DNA of 64,000 bases. Origin: Longimicrobiales bacterium. GTDB lineage: Bacteria; Gemmatimonadota; Gemmatimonadetes; Longimicrobiales; Gaopeijiaceae. The notes under the pieces were generated by a model, which had not been told where the DNA came from, did not search any database, and saw only the letters and a list, made by a program, of their open reading frames with translations. Positions 8,717-18,880 of the stretch are shown here, piece by piece. The DNA lies in NCBI GenBank assembly GCA_965202805.1, contig OZ241869.1, positions 2,432,001 through 2,496,000 of the forward strand. Reading direction: 5' to 3'. The first letter of the stretch is position 1, and every line of letters starts with the position of its first letter. The position numbers were made by a program, and so were the translations under genes.

Positions 8717-10354
8717 ATGACCCGGAAACACCTTCGCTTCGTTCTCGCCTGCGTCTGTAGCACCGCGCCGGTCCTGTCTGCCCTGGCACCGGCGCCCCTC
8801 TCCGCCCAGCACGACGAGCACGGACCCGGTCCGGCTCCGGACGGCGAGGAGGTCCTGCTCATCTCCTCCGCCCTCGGGCCGTACTCGCGCACCATCACCA
8901 CCGACTCCGAAGCAGCGCACGCCTACTTCGTCCAGGGCATGCAGCTCATGTACGCCTTCACGCCTTCGGACGCGAACCGCTCCTTCAAGGAGGCGCAGCG
9001 CCACGATCCCGAGTGCGCCATGTGCTGGTTCGGCGAGGCGTGGTCGCTGGGCCGCTATCTGAACGGCGCCATGCTGCCCGAGGACGCCCCCACCGCCTAC
9101 GCCGCCATCCACAGGGCGAAGGAGCTGGCCGCGGAATCCGGCAGCGAAATCGAGCGGGCCCTCATCGACGCGATGATCGTCCGCTACGCGCCCGAGCACG
9201 AAGGCGACGAGCAGCGCCTGGAGCTGGACAAGGCCTACGCCGCCGCCATGGAGAAGGTGTGGGAGGCGCACCCCGGGGATCAGGAGGTGGGGACCTTCTA
9301 CGGCGAGTCGCTCATGCTGCTGCAGCCCCGGCGCGGCTACTGGGACATCGAGAACCCCGAGGTGCAGAAGATCCACGAGGTGCTCGAGCAGACGCTCGCG
9401 CTCAACATCGCGCACCCGGGCGCGTGCCACCTCTACGTCCATGCGACCGAACCCACCACCCGTCCCGGCAAGGCGGAGGCGTGCGCGGACCATCTCGGCC
9501 AGTCGATCCCGGGCGCGAGCCACATCCAGCACATGCCCTCGCACACCTACAACCGGATCGGGCGCTGGCACGACGCGGTGATCGCCAACACGCAAGCCTG
9601 GCACTCCGACCAGAAGGCCAGCCACGACCTGGGCTACGCGATCTACCCGTCGCACAACCTGCACATGCTGCTCTTCGCCGCATCGATGGCGGGGGAGGGC
9701 GCGGTGGCGATGCAGGCCTCTCGCAACTACGGCAAGCTGGTGTCGGGCGGCAACTTCTACGAGTCGCTCACCGGCGTCCGCTTCGGCCTCTGGGAGGACG
9801 TGCTGGCGATCGGGGCGCAGCCCGAGCAGCCGCTCTTCGCCGGGTTCTGGGACTTCGCGCGCGGCTACGCCCATCTGCGCATGGAGCGGCCCGACAGCGC
9901 CGCCTTCTACATGGAGCGGCTGAAGGAGGCGCGCGGCGCGCTCGACGACGAGGCGCCGTTCCGCGGACACTCGGCGGTCGATCTCATCACGGTGGTGGGC
10001 GGGATCCTCGAGGGCGAGATGCTGGCCGCCGAAGGCGATGTCGACGGGGCCGTGCGCGTGCTCGAGGAGGCCATCGAGGTCGAGGACGGGCTCCGCTACG
10101 ACGAGCCCGAGCCGCTCAACTTCGCGGCGCGCCACTGGCTGGGCGCCATCCTGAACGACGCCGGACGCCACGCGGAGGCCGAAGAGGTGTTCCGCGCCGC
10201 CCTCGAGGACCATCCCCACAACGGCTGGTCGCTCTTCGGGCTCGAGCGCGCGCTCCGGGCCCAGGGCCGGGACGCCGAGGCCGACGAGACGCGGGCCGAG
10301 CGCATGGACTACTGGGCCAACGCCGATGTCTGGCTGATGTCGGCGCGCTTCTAG
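8717..10354 (+). CDS. Secreted tetratricopeptide-repeat protein with His-rich core
   Basis: RBS caggag; signal peptide; A.AYF.QG..L.YAF...A.RSF; HPGACHLYVH, HIQHMPSH; C-terminal TPR (NGWSLFGL). Confidence 0.85.
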   Translation: MTRKHLRFVLACVCSTAPVLSALAPAPLSAQHDEHGPGPAPDGEEVLLISSALGPYSRTITTDSEAAHAYFVQGMQLMYAFTPSDANRSFKEAQRHDPECAMCWFGEAWSLGRYLNGAMLPEDAPTAYAAIHRAKELAAESGSEIERALIDAMIVRYAPEHEGDEQRLELDKAYAAAMEKVWEAHPGDQEVGTFYGESLMLLQPRRGYWDIENPEVQKIHEVLEQTLALNIAHPGACHLYVHATEPTTRPGKAEACADHLGQSIPGASHIQHMPSHTYNRIGRWHDAVIANTQAWHSDQKASHDLGYAIYPSHNLHMLLFAASMAGEGAVAMQASRNYGKLVSGGNFYESLTGVRFGLWEDVLAIGAQPEQPLFAGFWDFARGYAHLRMERPDSAAFYMERLKEARGALDDEAPFRGHSAVDLITVVGGILEGEMLAAEGDVDGAVRVLEEAIEVEDGLRYDEPEPLNFAARHWLGAILNDAGRHAEAEEVFRAALEDHPHNGWSLFGLERALRAQGRDAEADETRAERMDYWANADVWLMSARF

Positions 10355-10372
10355 GATGACGGCGCGCTCCTG

Positions 10373-11242
10373 ATGCACGACCGGGCCGCTGGGGGGCTCA
10401 TCCCTTCGGTCAGGGCGCGCACCTGGACGTTTGTCCTGGTTGCGCTCTGGACGGGGGCTCTGGCGGTCCTTGCGAGCCCGGCGAGCGCGCAGCGCTGGGG
10501 ACGCGGCTGGTCCCGGCGCGCGCCCATGGCCAACCCGGGCGAGGCGGCCGAGTTCGGCTTCACCTTCTGCCGCATCGCCTACCGCAGCGTGCGCAACGAG
10601 GCGCTGGGCCAGGGCTGGCGCACCGACTACCCCAACTCGGACGCCAACTTCGCGCTGCGCTTCTCGCAGCTTACCACCTCCGCGGTCAGCCGCTCCGAGG
10701 ACGGGGAACCCTTCTACGCGGTCGTGACCCTGGACGACGACCAGATCTTCCAATGTCCGTTCGTCTTCATGTCGGATGTGGGGACGGTCGGCTTCGACGC
10801 CGACGAGATCGAGCGCCTGCGCACCTATCTCCTGAAGGGCGGCTTCCTCTACGTGGACGACTTCTGGGGGGACCGCGCCTGGCAGCACTGGGAGCAGACC
10901 ATGCGGGAGGTGCTCCCCGATCACGTGATCCAGGACGTGCCGAGCGACCACCTGCTCCTGAACGGGCTGTACCAGGTGCGCAACGTGCCCCAGGTGCCTT
11001 CCATCCAGTACTGGTACCGGACCGGGCGGCAGGCGACCTCGGAGCGCGGGTTCGAGAGCGCGGAAGTGCATTTTCGCGCGATCTTCGACGAGGAAGGGCG
11101 GGCGATGGTGGTCATGACCCACAACACCGACATCGCGGACGGCTGGGAGCGCGAGGGGGAGGACGAGTCGTTCTTCTTCCGCTTCTCCCCGGAGTCGTAC
11201 GCGCTCGGCATCAACATCGTGCTGTATGCGCTGACGCACTGA
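10373..11242 (+). CDS. DUF4159 domain protein
   Basis: FTFCRIAY, GWRTDYP, LR.YLLKGGFLYVDDFWG, HNTDIADGWE, GINIVLYALTH. Confidence 0.9.
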   Translation: MHDRAAGGLIPSVRARTWTFVLVALWTGALAVLASPASAQRWGRGWSRRAPMANPGEAAEFGFTFCRIAYRSVRNEALGQGWRTDYPNSDANFALRFSQLTTSAVSRSEDGEPFYAVVTLDDDQIFQCPFVFMSDVGTVGFDADEIERLRTYLLKGGFLYVDDFWGDRAWQHWEQTMREVLPDHVIQDVPSDHLLLNGLYQVRNVPQVPSIQYWYRTGRQATSERGFESAEVHFRAIFDEEGRAMVVMTHNTDIADGWEREGEDESFFFRFSPESYALGINIVLYALTH

Positions 11243-11313
11243 TGAGTGCTGATGGCAACTGATGAGTGCTGACGATATAACTGATATCTACTGGTGATAT
11301 ACGGCGGTTGGCC

Positions 11314-13635
11314 ATGACCACACTGCGAACGACGTGTCTCGCGGCGGCGTTGGCCGCACGGCTCGGCGCGACGCCGGCGATGGCCGGGCCGCTGGCTGCG
11401 GCGATGGCCGGGGTGCTGGCTGCGACGCTGGCCGCGGCCGGGCCGCTCGCCGGGCAGGAGGCGGTGCGCCTGGTTCCGGAGCAGGTGGAGAGCGGACGCG
11501 GGGTGTACGAGCGCTCATGCGCGGAATGCCACCGCGCCGACCTGAGCGGCGACTTCGAGGCGCCCGAACTGGCCGGCCGGAACTTCCGCGCCGCCTGGCG
11601 GGGCGCACCGCTCGGCGAGCTGCTCGCGGTGGTGCGCGACATGCCCCCGGAGGAGCCCGGCACCCTGAGCGAAGCCCAGTACCTCGCGGTGACCGCCTTC
11701 CTGCTCTCCGCGAACGGGGCGGCCGCCGACCAGGGCGCGCTCGCCGACGGGCAGGCGATCGACGATGTCATCGCCGGGGCGGCCGCCGCACGCGCGGACG
11801 CCGCCTCCCCGGCCCAGGCCGCCGAGCGGGCCGGCGGCGGCGACCCGGGCAACCCGGCCGCGACCGATGCGACCGACCCACCCCCCACCGAAGCGGTCAC
11901 CACCGCCGCCGACCGGCCCTACGTCCCCACCGGCGACCTGGAACGCGCCACCGGCCTCACGACCTTGGAGGGCGCCATCGGCCCGCTCCCGCCGGTCACC
12001 GACGCCATGCTGCGCGATCCCGACCCCTCCGACTGGCTGATGTACCGGCGCACCTACGACGCGTGGGGGTACAGCCCGCTCGACCAGATCCGCCGCGAGA
12101 ACGTCGCCGATCTGGAGCTGGCCTGGGTGTGGGCCATGGCCGACGGCACCAGCCAGCCCACCCCGCTGGTGCTCGACGGGATCATGTTCCTCACCAGCCC
12201 GGGCAACATCATCCAGGCGCTCGACGCCGCCACCGGGGACCTCCTGTGGGAGTACCGGCGCCAGTTCCCCGACCACATCCGCCCGGGCGGCTTCAACCAG
12301 TTGCGCAACGTGGCGCTCTACGAGGACAAGGTGTTCCTGGCCACCAGGGACGCGAGCCTGGTCGCCCTCGACGCGCGCACCGGCAAGACGGTCTGGGACA
12401 CCCAGGTCGCCGACCCCCGCAAGGGATACGCCAGCGTCGCGGGCCCCCTCGTGGTGGAGGGGCTGGTCGTGAACGGCATGAACGGGTGCGGGCGCTTCTT
12501 CGAGGACAGCTGCTTCATCACCGCGCACGACGCCGACACCGGGGAGGAGGTGTGGCGCACCTACACGATCGCGCGCCCGGGCGAATCCGGCGGCGACACC
12601 TGGGGCGACCTGCCCCTCCACCTGCGGGGCGGCGGGGATGCGTGGACCACCGGCAGCTACGACCCGGCGCTCGGGCTCATCTACTGGGGGACCGCCCAGG
12701 CCAAGCCCTGGGTGCCCGCCAGCCGTGGCCTCACCACCGCCGATGCGGCGCTCTACACCAGCTCCACCCTGGCGATGAACGCGGCCGACGGCTCGCTGGC
12801 CTGGTATCGCCAGCATGTCCCCGGCGAGGCGCTCGACCTGGACGAGGCCTTCGAGCAGTTGCTGGTGGACATCGACGGCCGCAGGCTCCTCTTCGCCATC
12901 GGCAAGCACGGCATCTTCTGGAAGCTCGACCGCGAGACGGGCGAGTTCCTCCAGCACCGCGAGACCGTCTACCAGAACGTCTTCGACCACATCGACCCGA
13001 AGACCGGCGAGGTCACCTACCGCCAGGACATCATGAAGGCCGAAGTGGGCGAGTGGATCTCGGTCTGCCCCAGCACCGCGGGCGGCCACAACTGGCACGC
13101 GATGGCGTACAGCCCGGAGAACAGCCTGCTCGTCACCCCGCTCTCACAGAGCTGCCTCGAGATCTCCGGCCGCGAGATCGTCATGGAGGTCGGATCGGGC
13201 GGCACCGGCGCCGACCGCGACTGGGCCGAAATGCCCGGCACCGACGGCCGTCTGGGCAAGCTGGCCGCGTACGACGTGCGCACGCTCGAGGAGGTCTGGA
13301 GCGTCGAGCAGCGCGCCTCCTTCCTCACCGCGGCGCTCACCACCGGGGGCGGCCTCGCGTTCGCCGGCGATGTCGACCGCTACTTTCGCGCGTACGACGT
13401 CGCGACCGGCGACGTGCTGTGGGAGACCCGGCTGGGGACCTCGGTACAGGGCTTCCCCGTGACCTTCTCGGTGCGGGGCGAACAGTACCTCGCGGTCAGC
13501 ACCGGCCTGGGCGGCGGCAGCCCCCGCATCGTTCCGCGCCTGCTGGCCCCGGAGATCCGCCATCCGGCCTCCGGAAACGCGCTCTACGTCTTCAGGCTGC
13601 GCGACACTTCGGCTTCGGCCCCCGGTTCGCGCTGA
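11314..13635 (+). CDS. PQQ-dependent dehydrogenase (8-bladed propeller) with N-terminal cytochrome c
   Basis: CAECH heme motif with distal Met (DMPP); [19 protein letters not shown]-docking repeats; [27 protein letters not shown]. Confidence 0.92.
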   Translation: MTTLRTTCLAAALAARLGATPAMAGPLAAAMAGVLAATLAAAGPLAGQEAVRLVPEQVESGRGVYERSCAECHRADLSGDFEAPELAGRNFRAAWRGAPLGELLAVVRDMPPEEPGTLSEAQYLAVTAFLLSANGAAADQGALADGQAIDDVIAGAAAARADAASPAQAAERAGGGDPGNPAATDATDPPPTEAVTTAADRPYVPTGDLERATGLTTLEGAIGPLPPVTDAMLRDPDPSDWLMYRRTYDAWGYSPLDQIRRENVADLELAWVWAMADGTSQPTPLVLDGIMFLTSPGNIIQALDAATGDLLWEYRRQFPDHIRPGGFNQLRNVALYEDKVFLATRDASLVALDARTGKTVWDTQVADPRKGYASVAGPLVVEGLVVNGMNGCGRFFEDSCFITAHDADTGEEVWRTYTIARPGESGGDTWGDLPLHLRGGGDAWTTGSYDPALGLIYWGTAQAKPWVPASRGLTTADAALYTSSTLAMNAADGSLAWYRQHVPGEALDLDEAFEQLLVDIDGRRLLFAIGKHGIFWKLDRETGEFLQHRETVYQNVFDHIDPKTGEVTYRQDIMKAEVGEWISVCPSTAGGHNWHAMAYSPENSLLVTPLSQSCLEISGREIVMEVGSGGTGADRDWAEMPGTDGRLGKLAAYDVRTLEEVWSVEQRASFLTAALTTGGGLAFAGDVDRYFRAYDVATGDVLWETRLGTSVQGFPVTFSVRGEQYLAVSTGLGGGSPRIVPRLLAPEIRHPASGNALYVFRLRDTSASAPGSR

Positions 13636-13698
13636 GACCGACCGCCGCACCGATCGCGAGACCGCAGCCGGCACCGGCGGCGACCCCGGCGTTGCCGG

Positions 13699-14763
13699 TC
13701 AGTCGGTGTCTTCCTCGGCGCGTCGCCGGGCGATGCGGGTGAGCTTCGGCTCTATGGATGTCATCACTGCCGCGAACAGCACGAGCGCCCAGCCCACCGA
13801 GAGGACCAGGTGTACGCCGACCAGCATTCGGGCAGCGGCCGAGACCGGGGTGATGGCCGCGTAGTCCTGGGCGAGGGCGGTGAAGAAGGAAAAAGACACC
13901 CAGCCGGTGATCCCCGTGGCGGCGTCGGCGAAAGCGCCGGGGCTGAAGCGCTCCAGCGCCCCGTAGAAACCCGCGAACAGGATTATGATCGTCAGGTAGC
14001 CGAGCGCGAACCCGCCGATGGGGATCCACATGACCCGAAGGTAGGCGGCAAGCTGACCGTACACTTCCAGCCGCGGACGGAGCCAGTTGGCGGCGGTGCG
14101 CCCCGCGAGAAACGCGATCACCGGGATCGCGGCCAGCGCGAAGATCCCGGCGATGAAGAGCAGCACGGTGTCTTCCTGCATGATGCCGGACCAGTACGCG
14201 ACTCCCATCAGGGCGGGCAGGGCCGCCGCACCGAGGACCAGGAGTCGGGGAGGCCGGGCGTCACGCCATCCCTTGCGCCGGTGGCAGACCAGGCCAACCA
14301 GCAGCGCCGTCCAGGGCGTGGCCATGAGCGGGTACGTCGCCATGAGCGGCCACAACGGGACGTCGTCGACGACCAGCGCCGGGATCAGGCCAAAGCCCAG
14401 GAGGACGGCCAGGAACAAGGTCTCGCGAGTAACGTCCCGGTACCTGGACAGCGACGAGCGGCCGAGTCCGTCGATCAGGCCGATCGCCAAGGGGGTGCTG
14501 GGCGGGATGATGATGCCCCAACCGAGGTACTGAGCGCTGGTCAACAGCGCGGTCACGACCCCGACCGCCGAGCCGATCAGAATACCGGTCCACAGGCTGC
14601 CCTGCGCCCCTCGCCGGAGGCCGACGCCTACGCCGATCGCCAGGCCGCAGCCCGCTCCCAGCCAGACATTGGCGTGGTCTCCGGTGATCGCGTATCCGAA
14701 GGTCAGGACGACGAAGCCGATGGCGGCCGCCATCCGGATCCCCAGCCAGATCAAACGGCTCAC
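13699..14763 (-). CDS. Polytopic membrane protein with C-terminal Ion_trans_2-like (K-channel pore-like) domain
   Basis: Many Gly-rich TM helices; IILFAGFYG...WVSFSFFTALAQDYAAITPVSAAARML resembles the pore-helix region of 2TM channels. Confidence 0.65.
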   Translation of the reverse strand: MSRLIWLGIRMAAAIGFVVLTFGYAITGDHANVWLGAGCGLAIGVGVGLRRGAQGSLWTGILIGSAVGVVTALLTSAQYLGWGIIIPPSTPLAIGLIDGLGRSSLSRYRDVTRETLFLAVLLGFGLIPALVVDDVPLWPLMATYPLMATPWTALLVGLVCHRRKGWRDARPPRLLVLGAAALPALMGVAYWSGIMQEDTVLLFIAGIFALAAIPVIAFLAGRTAANWLRPRLEVYGQLAAYLRVMWIPIGGFALGYLTIIILFAGFYGALERFSPGAFADAATGITGWVSFSFFTALAQDYAAITPVSAAARMLVGVHLVLSVGWALVLFAAVMTSIEPKLTRIARRRAEEDTD

Positions 14764-14803
14764 GATTCTCCCTTCAGAAGGGCTGTGCGGTCAGATCGGG
14801 CCC

Positions 14804-17800
14804 TCAGAACACCCGATACGTCGCCGACAGCTTGACGCGCCGTCCCTTCGCGCTGTGGGTGAAGCCGTCGAAGGACTGCTCCCACTTCACGTACGGCGGG
14901 GCGACATCCAGCAGATTCAGCAGGGAGAGCGAGACGCCCAGCCCGCGCGAGGGGCGCCAGAGCGCGGTGGCGTCCAGGGTCACGAAGCTGCCGATGTCCT
15001 CGTACTGGCTTCCCTCTTCGTCGTGGTCCCTGTAGGAGGAGATGTAGTTCACGTATCCGACCACGCTGTAATCGGACCACCCGTAGCTTCCGAACAGCCT
15101 TCCCTTCAGGCTCGGGAGCGGTGGGGCGATGGGGTTGTACTTGTTCAGTTGCCCGGCCCCTTCCTGCGAGGACGAGATCTCGACGCCCCCGACATTCAGC
15201 GGCTCCATCGAATAGCTGCTCGTATACGTCGCCTCCAACCCTGCGTTCAGGATGCCTGCTCCGGCCTGGGAACGGGCGTTCAGCTGGAAGTCGAAGCCGG
15301 AGGTCTTCACGCCCGGCCAGTTGACCAGGTCGACGTGGATGCGCTCGATGCCGGTGACGTCGCAGGTGCCGGTGCCGCGCCCGTCGGAGCAGGTCACGAA
15401 GTCCTTGATCGCGTTCCTGGAGGCGCCGCCCTCGTGGTACAGCCTGGTGACGGCGTTGTAGGGCACCACGGCGATCACGTTCTCGAAGTCGTAGCTCCAG
15501 TAGTCGGCGGACAGCTGCACCGGGACGAAGCCCGACGCGTCGGCGATCGACAGGACGAAGCCGGCGTTGTAGGTGAACGCCGTCTCGGGCTCGAGATCCT
15601 TGCTGCCGTAGGTGTCGACCGCCTTGTATACCCCCGCCTCGTTCACGTAGGCGAGTGCCGTGACCCGATCCCCGTTCAGGTCGTCGACGGAAGGGGCGCG
15701 GAAGGTCGTCTGCAGCGAGCCGCGCAACGCGAACCGGTCGGTTACGTCGTAGCGGATGGCGACCTTCGGGTTGAAGGTGCTGGCGACGCTGTAGAACTCG
15801 TAGTTGGCGGCCAGCTGCATGTGGAGGCGGTCGTCCGCCAGGTTCATGGGGAGCTCGCCGAAGAACCGGTGCACGGTCTGGTTGTCGGCGTAGGGATAGG
15901 TTCCGGTGGTGAAGGTGAACGGGCCCGCCTTCTCCAGGCAGGCGCGGCTGCCGAGCACCGAGCAGGGGTTGATGTTCAGGTTGCCGGCATCGTTGACGCC
16001 CGCATCGACGTCGAACCAGCGGAACTGGTAGCCGATGGCGTAGTTCTCGGCCGCGCCGCTGCTCCCGGTCAGCGTCGCATCGGCGACCAGCATGTTCGCC
16101 GAGCTGAACACATCGACCTCCTCGTTGATCCACGCGATCAGCTCGCGGTCGTTCGCCAGGTTGGGCGAGAAGTCGGGGTTGGCCTCGCCGACAAAGCGCG
16201 CGCCCGGCTGCTGGGAGTGCTGCAGCGCGTTGCTGAACGGGTTGTAGAACCGGCAGTTGCCCTGTCCCGGCACCCGGCTCCCCGTCGGGCCCAGCGCCAT
16301 GCCCGAGGCCGAGTTGGGATCGGCGACCACGTCGACCCCGCAGTCGGGACCGCCGAAGCCGCGGAAGGCCAGGAACTTGCGGTAGGCGTATTCCGCGGGC
16401 TGATTCACGTTGCCCGAGGAGCCGGAATAGCTGACGGCCAGATTCAGCCGGTTGTCGTGGCCCTCCAGTGCGTCGAAGCCGGTGTCCAGGGAAGCCGAGG
16501 CCCGATGGGTGCGGGAGTTCCGGTGCAGGGTCCGTCCGGGACCGGAGTGTCCCACGAGCCGCCCGAAGAAGTACCAGTCACTATCCAGGCAGTCGCCGCT
16601 GCCCATGAACCCCACGCTGGATGCGTACTGCTGGCAGAAGGCCTGCCGTCCCGGGTTCTCCGGCGGCACGATCTGAAGCCCGTCGTAGGGGCTGATGGGG
16701 GGGAACGACGGGGTGGTGACCCATTCCGGCGTGTCCGCCTCGGCGAACAGGCCCTCGATATGGAAACTCGTGTTGTCTCCGACCTCGCCGTTGATTTCGG
16801 CGAAGGCCCGGAAGTGGGTGGACTCTTCGAGGAGGTTGTCCCAGGGCTGGTAGCGGAACCGGCAGGTGTAGGTCTCGAGGAAGCCGCCGAATTCCAGGCA
16901 GCGCGGATCGATGAAGATGTCGTCGTCCGAGAAGTGCGCGGTCGAGAGCTTGTCGATGAGATCCGCGGAGCTTTCCATCCCCGTCAGGGAAGGCGTGAGG
17001 AACGCCCCCGGGTTTCCGGTCCACGACCAGGCGCCGGCCCCGGGCTCGAACGGGTGCAGCGCCCAGTCCCGCTCTTCCGGGGTGAGCCGCTGGCGGGTCA
17101 GGTATTCGGCGGACAGGACCGCGTTCACGCGGTCGCCGAGCCGCCGTCCCACGATGCCGGCCACGTTGCTGTCGCCCGCGCCGGCGAAGTACTCGTGCGA
17201 GGCGGTCACCTCCGTCCCCTCGAAGTCGCCGCGGGTGAGGAAGTTGGCGACCCCGGCCACGGCGTCCGACCCGTAGATGGCGGACGCGCCCTCCTTCAGC
17301 ACTTCGATGCGGTCGATCGCGATGGACGGGAACGCGTTGATGTCGACGTAGCGTCCGCCGATCAGGCGGGCCGGGAGGTAGACCTGGCGCCGGCCGTTGA
17401 GCAGCACCAGGGTCCGCGATGCCCCGAGGCCTCGCAGGTTCACGTTGGCCACCGTCTCCGGAACGGCGGCGATTTCGTTGGCGTTGTACCAGCTCTGCCG
17501 CTCGCCGACCACCCCGTGGCTCACGCCGAGGGCCTTGAAGAACTCGGTCACGAGCGGGAAGCCCTGTTCCTCCAGCTTGCGGCGGGCCGCCACCGCCACC
17601 GAGTAGGGCAGATCCGTGGCCGCCGCCTCCGCGCTGGTGCCGGTCACGATCACCTCGTCGAGCTCAAGGGCCGTGAAGCTCAGCCGCAGGTCGACCGTGG
17701 TGGCCTCCCCGGGAGCTACGGTGACCCCTTCGGTCGCCGCCAGATAGCCGAGGATGTTGGTGGAAAGCTGGTGCGCTCCGGCCGGGACATCCTGGATCGA

Positions 17801-18010
17801 GTAGCCGCCGTCGGCATCCGTGACCGCGCCGATGCCGAGCGCATCGATGAAGACCTGCACGCCCGCGATGGGCTCGTCGTCGGCGTCGTCGACGACGGTC
17901 CCCTGGATGGTGCCGGGGGATTGCCCCAGGGCGGGACTTGCGGAGAGGGCGCCAAACAGCGCCAGCAGCACGCACCAAACACGCGGGAATCGTGAGATCC
18001 ACCCGTCCAT
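14804..18010 (-). CDS. TonB-dependent receptor with N-terminal carboxypeptidase-regulatory-like domain
   Basis: RBS ggaggagg; TonB box-like EVIVTG; plug NLRGLGASRTLVLLNGRR, IDRIEVLKEGASAIYGSDAVAGV; terminal TYRVF. Confidence 0.95.
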   Translation of the reverse strand: MDGWISRFPRVWCVLLALFGALSASPALGQSPGTIQGTVVDDADDEPIAGVQVFIDALGIGAVTDADGGYSIQDVPAGAHQLSTNILGYLAATEGVTVAPGEATTVDLRLSFTALELDEVIVTGTSAEAAATDLPYSVAVAARRKLEEQGFPLVTEFFKALGVSHGVVGERQSWYNANEIAAVPETVANVNLRGLGASRTLVLLNGRRQVYLPARLIGGRYVDINAFPSIAIDRIEVLKEGASAIYGSDAVAGVANFLTRGDFEGTEVTASHEYFAGAGDSNVAGIVGRRLGDRVNAVLSAEYLTRQRLTPEERDWALHPFEPGAGAWSWTGNPGAFLTPSLTGMESSADLIDKLSTAHFSDDDIFIDPRCLEFGGFLETYTCRFRYQPWDNLLEESTHFRAFAEINGEVGDNTSFHIEGLFAEADTPEWVTTPSFPPISPYDGLQIVPPENPGRQAFCQQYASSVGFMGSGDCLDSDWYFFGRLVGHSGPGRTLHRNSRTHRASASLDTGFDALEGHDNRLNLAVSYSGSSGNVNQPAEYAYRKFLAFRGFGGPDCGVDVVADPNSASGMALGPTGSRVPGQGNCRFYNPFSNALQHSQQPGARFVGEANPDFSPNLANDRELIAWINEEVDVFSSANMLVADATLTGSSGAAENYAIGYQFRWFDVDAGVNDAGNLNINPCSVLGSRACLEKAGPFTFTTGTYPYADNQTVHRFFGELPMNLADDRLHMQLAANYEFYSVASTFNPKVAIRYDVTDRFALRGSLQTTFRAPSVDDLNGDRVTALAYVNEAGVYKAVDTYGSKDLEPETAFTYNAGFVLSIADASGFVPVQLSADYWSYDFENVIAVVPYNAVTRLYHEGGASRNAIKDFVTCSDGRGTGTCDVTGIERIHVDLVNWPGVKTSGFDFQLNARSQAGAGILNAGLEATYTSSYSMEPLNVGGVEISSSQEGAGQLNKYNPIAPPLPSLKGRLFGSYGWSDYSVVGYVNYISSYRDHDEEGSQYEDIGSFVTLDATALWRPSRGLGVSLSLLNLLDVAPPYVKWEQSFDGFTHSAKGRRVKLSATYRVF

Positions 18011-18168
18011 TTCCGGCCTCCTCCGTCTCGGAGCGATGTCACATCTTCGCCTTCGAGCGACGTACCCTGACTCGGAACGATGTCCTGGCCTGGACTGGAG
18101 AACTCCGTGCCCGGCTGCAGAAATGTCGCAACGAGTATTGATTCCGTCGCATGTTCCTGAGCCCAAGA

Positions 18169-18196
18169 TAGTGCCCCGGGCCGTGGAGGGCACTAC
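18169..18196 (-). terminator. Hairpin directly after the cytochrome c stop
   Basis: tagtgccc...gggcacta inverted repeat overlapping the stop; weak U tract. Confidence 0.35.
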
Positions 18197-18606
18197 CGCC
18201 GCCGGTTGGCCTCGATTACCACCCGTTCCAGGGACTCGCGGGCGGCGCCGAGCTCGATGGCGCCGGGAGGAAGGCCGTTCAACTGCAGGATGTAGGCGAT
18301 GACGTCGGCGTACTGCTGGGGAGGGAGCGAACCCGGCTGATCTTCCGGCATGAGCGAGTAGATGTCGTCGTAGAGAGCCGCGACGCTGGCGCCGGCCCAG
18401 GAGCGGATGAAGGCCCCGACGAACTCCTCGTCGTCGTGGCATTCCCGGCAGACGTCCTCTATGACCTCGGCGCCGCGCAGCGCCTGCTCTTCGGTGTAGA
18501 CGCCGTCGAGGGTGGTCACTCGCTCCTCGGTCTGCGCGAAGGCGGGCAGGGCCGCCCCCAGGGAGAGCAGCGCCATGGCTGCAACGAGTGCTCCGTTCCG
18601 TTTCAT
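18193..18606 (-). CDS. Periplasmic monoheme cytochrome c
   Basis: Signal peptide; GVYTEEQALRG; CRECH; MPEDQPGSL...YADVIAYILQLNG. Confidence 0.92.
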   Translation of the reverse strand: MKRNGALVAAMALLSLGAALPAFAQTEERVTTLDGVYTEEQALRGAEVIEDVCRECHDDEEFVGAFIRSWAGASVAALYDDIYSLMPEDQPGSLPPQQYADVIAYILQLNGLPPGAIELGAARESLERVVIEANRRR

Positions 18607-18880
18607 TTCTCGCCCCCGCGATGTCCATGTCGATCCGGCACAGAACCTGAAGGTCGTATCGCGGACTCCTGCGGGTCAAGGCTCCCGACAGGGTCTCCCG
18701 ACCGGCGCCCCGACTGCGCTCTTTCTGTCCGTTCAGCCCGGCAGGCCATTCCGGTTCACGTGGCCGCTCGAAACGACGGCCGGGGCGGTCCGTACGCGTA
18801 AACTGATTAGTATTGTCGGCACGCTGAACGCCGGCTCGCACTCCGGGCCGGCACACCGTCCATGACCGGAGAGGGGCTCC

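Noticed and set aside
7952..11239. 1095-aa minus-strand ORF, and similar long antisense ORFs (14669-17995, 3061-4977, 29508-31961)
   Set aside because: Shadow frames of well-supported genes in high-GC DNA; no recognisable motifs
11239..11330. CTGATGAG twice, matching the hammerhead ribozyme core
   Set aside because: No stem II followed by GAAA and no compatible stems I/III; better explained as a direct repeat
18011..18190. Cobalamin or TPP riboswitch ahead of the TonB receptor
   Set aside because: No B12-box or TPP core recognised by eye; only weak tgcgac repeats; an Rfam scan would be decisive
14804..18856. 1350-aa version of the TonB receptor
   Set aside because: The extension overlaps the cytochrome c gene in another frame; a strong RBS and signal peptide support the start at 18010
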